A stretch of DNA of 18,691 nucleotides. It comes from Candidatus Ratteibacteria bacterium. Its GTDB lineage: Bacteria > Ratteibacteria > UBA8468 > B48-G9 > DTJG01. This document shows, piece after piece, positions 16,377 through 18,691 of the stretch. Positions within the stretch are counted from its first letter, which is position 1. Every line of letters starts with the position of its first letter. The DNA lies in assembly GCA_049971295.1 (NCBI GenBank), contig JBMFLH010000036.1, positions 1 through 18,691 of the forward strand, written 5' to 3'. The notes under the pieces are model-generated. The model made no database searches, had not been told where the DNA came from, and saw nothing but the letters and a program-made list of their open reading frames with translations. The position numbers and the translations under genes were made by a program.

Positions 16377-17403
16377 TTACACAACTCCTGACCCCGGCAA
16401 GTTGCCCGCATGCTGCATTAATATCGCTGCCCCTCGAATTTCTGAACGTTGCTCTGATGCCTTTCTTTTTAAGAAAATTAACAAACCATTTGATTTTTTC
16501 TTCAGAAGGTTGAGAAAAAGAAGAGTTTCTGATTCTGCTGAATGGTATTAGATTTACATCAGCACGGAATCTTTTTGATATTTTTTCTAATCCATACAAA
16601 TGGTTTTCAGTGTCGTTAATACCGGCTATCAAAACATATTCAATTGTGATTCTTCTTCCTGTTCTCAAAACATAATAATTACAAGCATCAAGCAGATCAG
16701 ACAAAGGATATTTCCTATTTATAGGCATAAGCAAACTTCGCGTTGCATCATCAGGAGCGTGTAATGATATAGAAAGACGAACCTGCCACCCAATATCGGC
16801 AAATTCCATGATTTTTGGTACAATTCCTGCAGTAGAAACAGTAATCTTTCTCGCGCCAATATTCACACCATCCTTTGCATTTATTATTCCTATCGCTTTT
16901 ATCAATGCATCGTAATTGTCAAATGGCTCTCCCATACCCATAAAGACCACATTTGTAATTTTAACGTTCTCCTTGAATTTTATATACAGCGGCTGACCGA
17001 GAATTTCAGCAACATCGAGGTTTCTTACAAAACCAAGTTTGCCGCTTGCGCAAAAAACGCAATTGTACCTGCAACCAACCTGAGTCGAAACACACACTGT
17101 ATTTCTTCCATTTTCTGGAATCAACACTGACTCAATAAAATTGTTATCACACAGTTTGAAAACAAATTTCTTTGTTCCATCCTTTGATATGAAAGTTTCA
17201 ACAGGTCTGGAGAACTTTGCGGTGTATTTCTGGCTAAGATTGTATCGTAATTCTTCGGGTAAATCACTCATTTCTGAAAATGTTTCAGCACCTTTTTGAT
17301 AAAGCCAGCCAAAAAGTTGAATCGCTCTGAAACGAGGTTCTCCCATCGATAGAACAATCTGCTCAATTTGCCTGATATCAAAATTTCTTATGTTTTCTTT
17401 CAT
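16369..17403 (-). CDS. rlmN: 23S rRNA m2A2503 / tRNA m2A37 radical SAM methyltransferase RlmN
   Basis: IESVLIP, CVSTQVGCRYNCVFCASG (CxxxCxxC), FMGMGEP, ISLHAP, IEYVLI, NLIPF and RGSDINAACGQL. Confidence 0.96.
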   Translation of the reverse strand: MKENIRNFDIRQIEQIVLSMGEPRFRAIQLFGWLYQKGAETFSEMSDLPEELRYNLSQKYTAKFSRPVETFISKDGTKKFVFKLCDNNFIESVLIPENGRNTVCVSTQVGCRYNCVFCASGKLGFVRNLDVAEILGQPLYIKFKENVKITNVVFMGMGEPFDNYDALIKAIGIINAKDGVNIGARKITVSTAGIVPKIMEFADIGWQVRLSISLHAPDDATRSLLMPINRKYPLSDLLDACNYYVLRTGRRITIEYVLIAGINDTENHLYGLEKISKRFRADVNLIPFSRIRNSSFSQPSEEKIKWFVNFLKKKGIRATFRNSRGSDINAACGQLAGVRSCVNV

Positions 17404-17416
17404 ATCATTTCAGAAA

Positions 17417-17456
17417 TTGAATTACAATGCTTTAATGTTTATGCTATATTATTATA
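17417..17456. promoter_or_regulatory. Divergent promoter region rlmN / amidohydrolase
   Basis: Plus strand TTGAAT (17417-17422), 17 nt, TATGCT (17440-17445) and TGC-TATATT (17442-17450). Minus strand TATAAT (17451-17456). AT-rich, so chance matches are possible. Confidence 0.4.
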
Positions 17457-17491
17457 CACGCATAGAATAAATAATACGAGGAGTGCTATCA

Positions 17492-18325
17492 ATGATTGAA
17501 CATCCGGTGATCAACATACACGGGCACCTGCATAAGGAAAAAGATCTGGATGACATGGTAAACAATATGGTAAAAGATGGGGTAGTTAAATTTTGCGCCC
17601 TCGCACTCGGAAAACAATGGCAGGATAAAGGTTACTACGGAAACGAAGACGTTCTAAAAGCAATGAAAAAATATCCTGAAGTCATAGTTGGTATGGGCCA
17701 TATTGAAATCGGTGGTCCGTATTTTGATAAGCCAGAAAAAATCGATAGATTGAAGGAAATCGGTTTTTCAGGGCTAAAATTCATCAGTCCTGACGCTCCT
17801 TATTCACATGAAAAATTTTACCCTTTTTACGAAAAGGCAGAAAAATTGAATATGCCAATCATTTTTCATGTCGGGATTATAAGTGTATGTTCAACTGACA
17901 GATTATTTGGTGTAAATTCAGAATATATGAGACCTTTTTCACTTGACCCTGTCTGTAGATATTTTCCCGACCTAAAGGTTATTCTTGCTCACCCAGGAGA
18001 ACCATATCAAAATGAGTCACTCACTATGATAGAATTCCATAGGAATGCCTTTTTATGTCTATCTGGTGGTAGTGGAAGCGATTTTCACATTAATAAGATT
18101 ATTAAACTTTTCTTGGGAGTAGACGCAGCAAACAAGAAAAATCCTGACGAAAACTTTGCACTGTTTTATTTCAAAAAAGCAGTATTTGGAACTGATAATC
18201 CTCCAGCATCTTTATGGATACGACAATCTAACAAAATCCTTGATTACTTTGAAATCGACAGTAAGACACGAGAACTTTATTACTGGAAAAATGCAGCAAG
18301 CATCTTTGGATGGAACATCAAATAG
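17492..18325 (+). CDS. Amidohydrolase family 2 metal-dependent hydrolase
   Basis: INIHGH, GLKF, PFYEKA..LNMPIIFH, VILAHPG and VFGTD motifs. GAGGAG (17478-17483) favours ATG 17492 over GTG 17483. Confidence 0.88.
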   Translation: MIEHPVINIHGHLHKEKDLDDMVNNMVKDGVVKFCALALGKQWQDKGYYGNEDVLKAMKKYPEVIVGMGHIEIGGPYFDKPEKIDRLKEIGFSGLKFISPDAPYSHEKFYPFYEKAEKLNMPIIFHVGIISVCSTDRLFGVNSEYMRPFSLDPVCRYFPDLKVILAHPGEPYQNESLTMIEFHRNAFLCLSGGSGSDFHINKIIKLFLGVDAANKKNPDENFALFYFKKAVFGTDNPPASLWIRQSNKILDYFEIDSKTRELYYWKNAASIFGWNIK

Positions 18326-18337
18326 AATTTAAAATTC

Positions 18338-18691
18338 TCATTTTATTTCCTCAATGAGAAATTCAATATTCTTGCCACCTATTTTTTTTGTATAATGCAG
18401 AACCATATTCTTTGCATATTCAATTGCCTCGCCACCAATTTTTCTACCTCGTGCTATTGCCAGCGGACCCGGAATTGACTTCAATCGTACAGCAACATCA
18501 CCATGTCTTGCAATGGATTTGAGTATTTCGTTATCCTGTTTGTTTCTACCAAGTACAATCAGTACATCTCCATACCAGAACATTCTTCCGTGTTTGATGA
18601 TCTCTACATCATCAAGCGTACAATCACTCCAAGAATTTAATAATTTTTTAAGTTTTTCTGCGTATATTCTATCAGTCAACAAACATCCTCC
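18338..18691 (-). CDS. C-terminal part of a PP-loop tRNA-thiolation-like (ThiI/MnmA-related) protein with DUF814/NFACT-R-like domain; 5' end beyond window
   Basis: Frame is open to the window edge and reads GGCLLTDRIYAEKLKKLL...DVEIIKHGRMF...LGRNKQDNEIL...PGPLA, the pattern I recall for this family's C-terminus. The ORF-track start at 18682 is an edge artefact. Confidence 0.7.
   Translation of the reverse strand, partial: GGCLLTDRIYAEKLKKLLNSWSDCTLDDVEIIKHGRMFWYGDVLIVLGRNKQDNEILKSIARHGDVAVRLKSIPGPLAIARGRKIGGEAIEYAKNMVLHYTKKIGGKNIEFLIEEIK

Noticed and set aside
1..18691. CRISPR array, tRNA/rRNA, IS element or long repeats
   Set aside because: No intergenic gap exceeds about 130 bp, and I saw no repeat-spacer pattern, cloverleaf or transposase motif by eye. 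Dispersed short repeats could have been missed without computation.

Overview
AT-rich, very gene-dense bacterial chromosome segment read in the standard code. It holds 18 apparently intact coding regions (two cut by the window edges) and one disrupted gene. Left to right: nucleoside hydrolase (-, truncated, absent from the ORF track) overlapped by a MacroD-type macrodomain gene; a ~442-codon uncharacterised gene (+) broken by four same-direction single-base frameshifts; a (-) operon of PAS-PAS protein, LpqC/PHB-depolymerase-type esterase, URO-D/methyltransferase-family protein and ClpP-like protease; a second (-) operon of ABC exporter, DUF1854, DUF3109, TPR/zinc-finger membrane protein and a second URO-D-family protein; a P2A Ca2+-type P-ATPase, ACT protein and DUF711/PFL-family protein (+); HAD phosphatase and rlmN (-); amidohydrolase (+); and the C-terminal part of a PP-loop/DUF814 tRNA-thiolation-like protein (-). 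I saw no rRNA, tRNA, CRISPR array, IS element or clear intrinsic terminator. There is no demonstrable new system. The best leads are the quadruple-frameshift gene and the two tightly coupled operons of poorly characterised proteins. All family calls come from motif recognition, not database searches.
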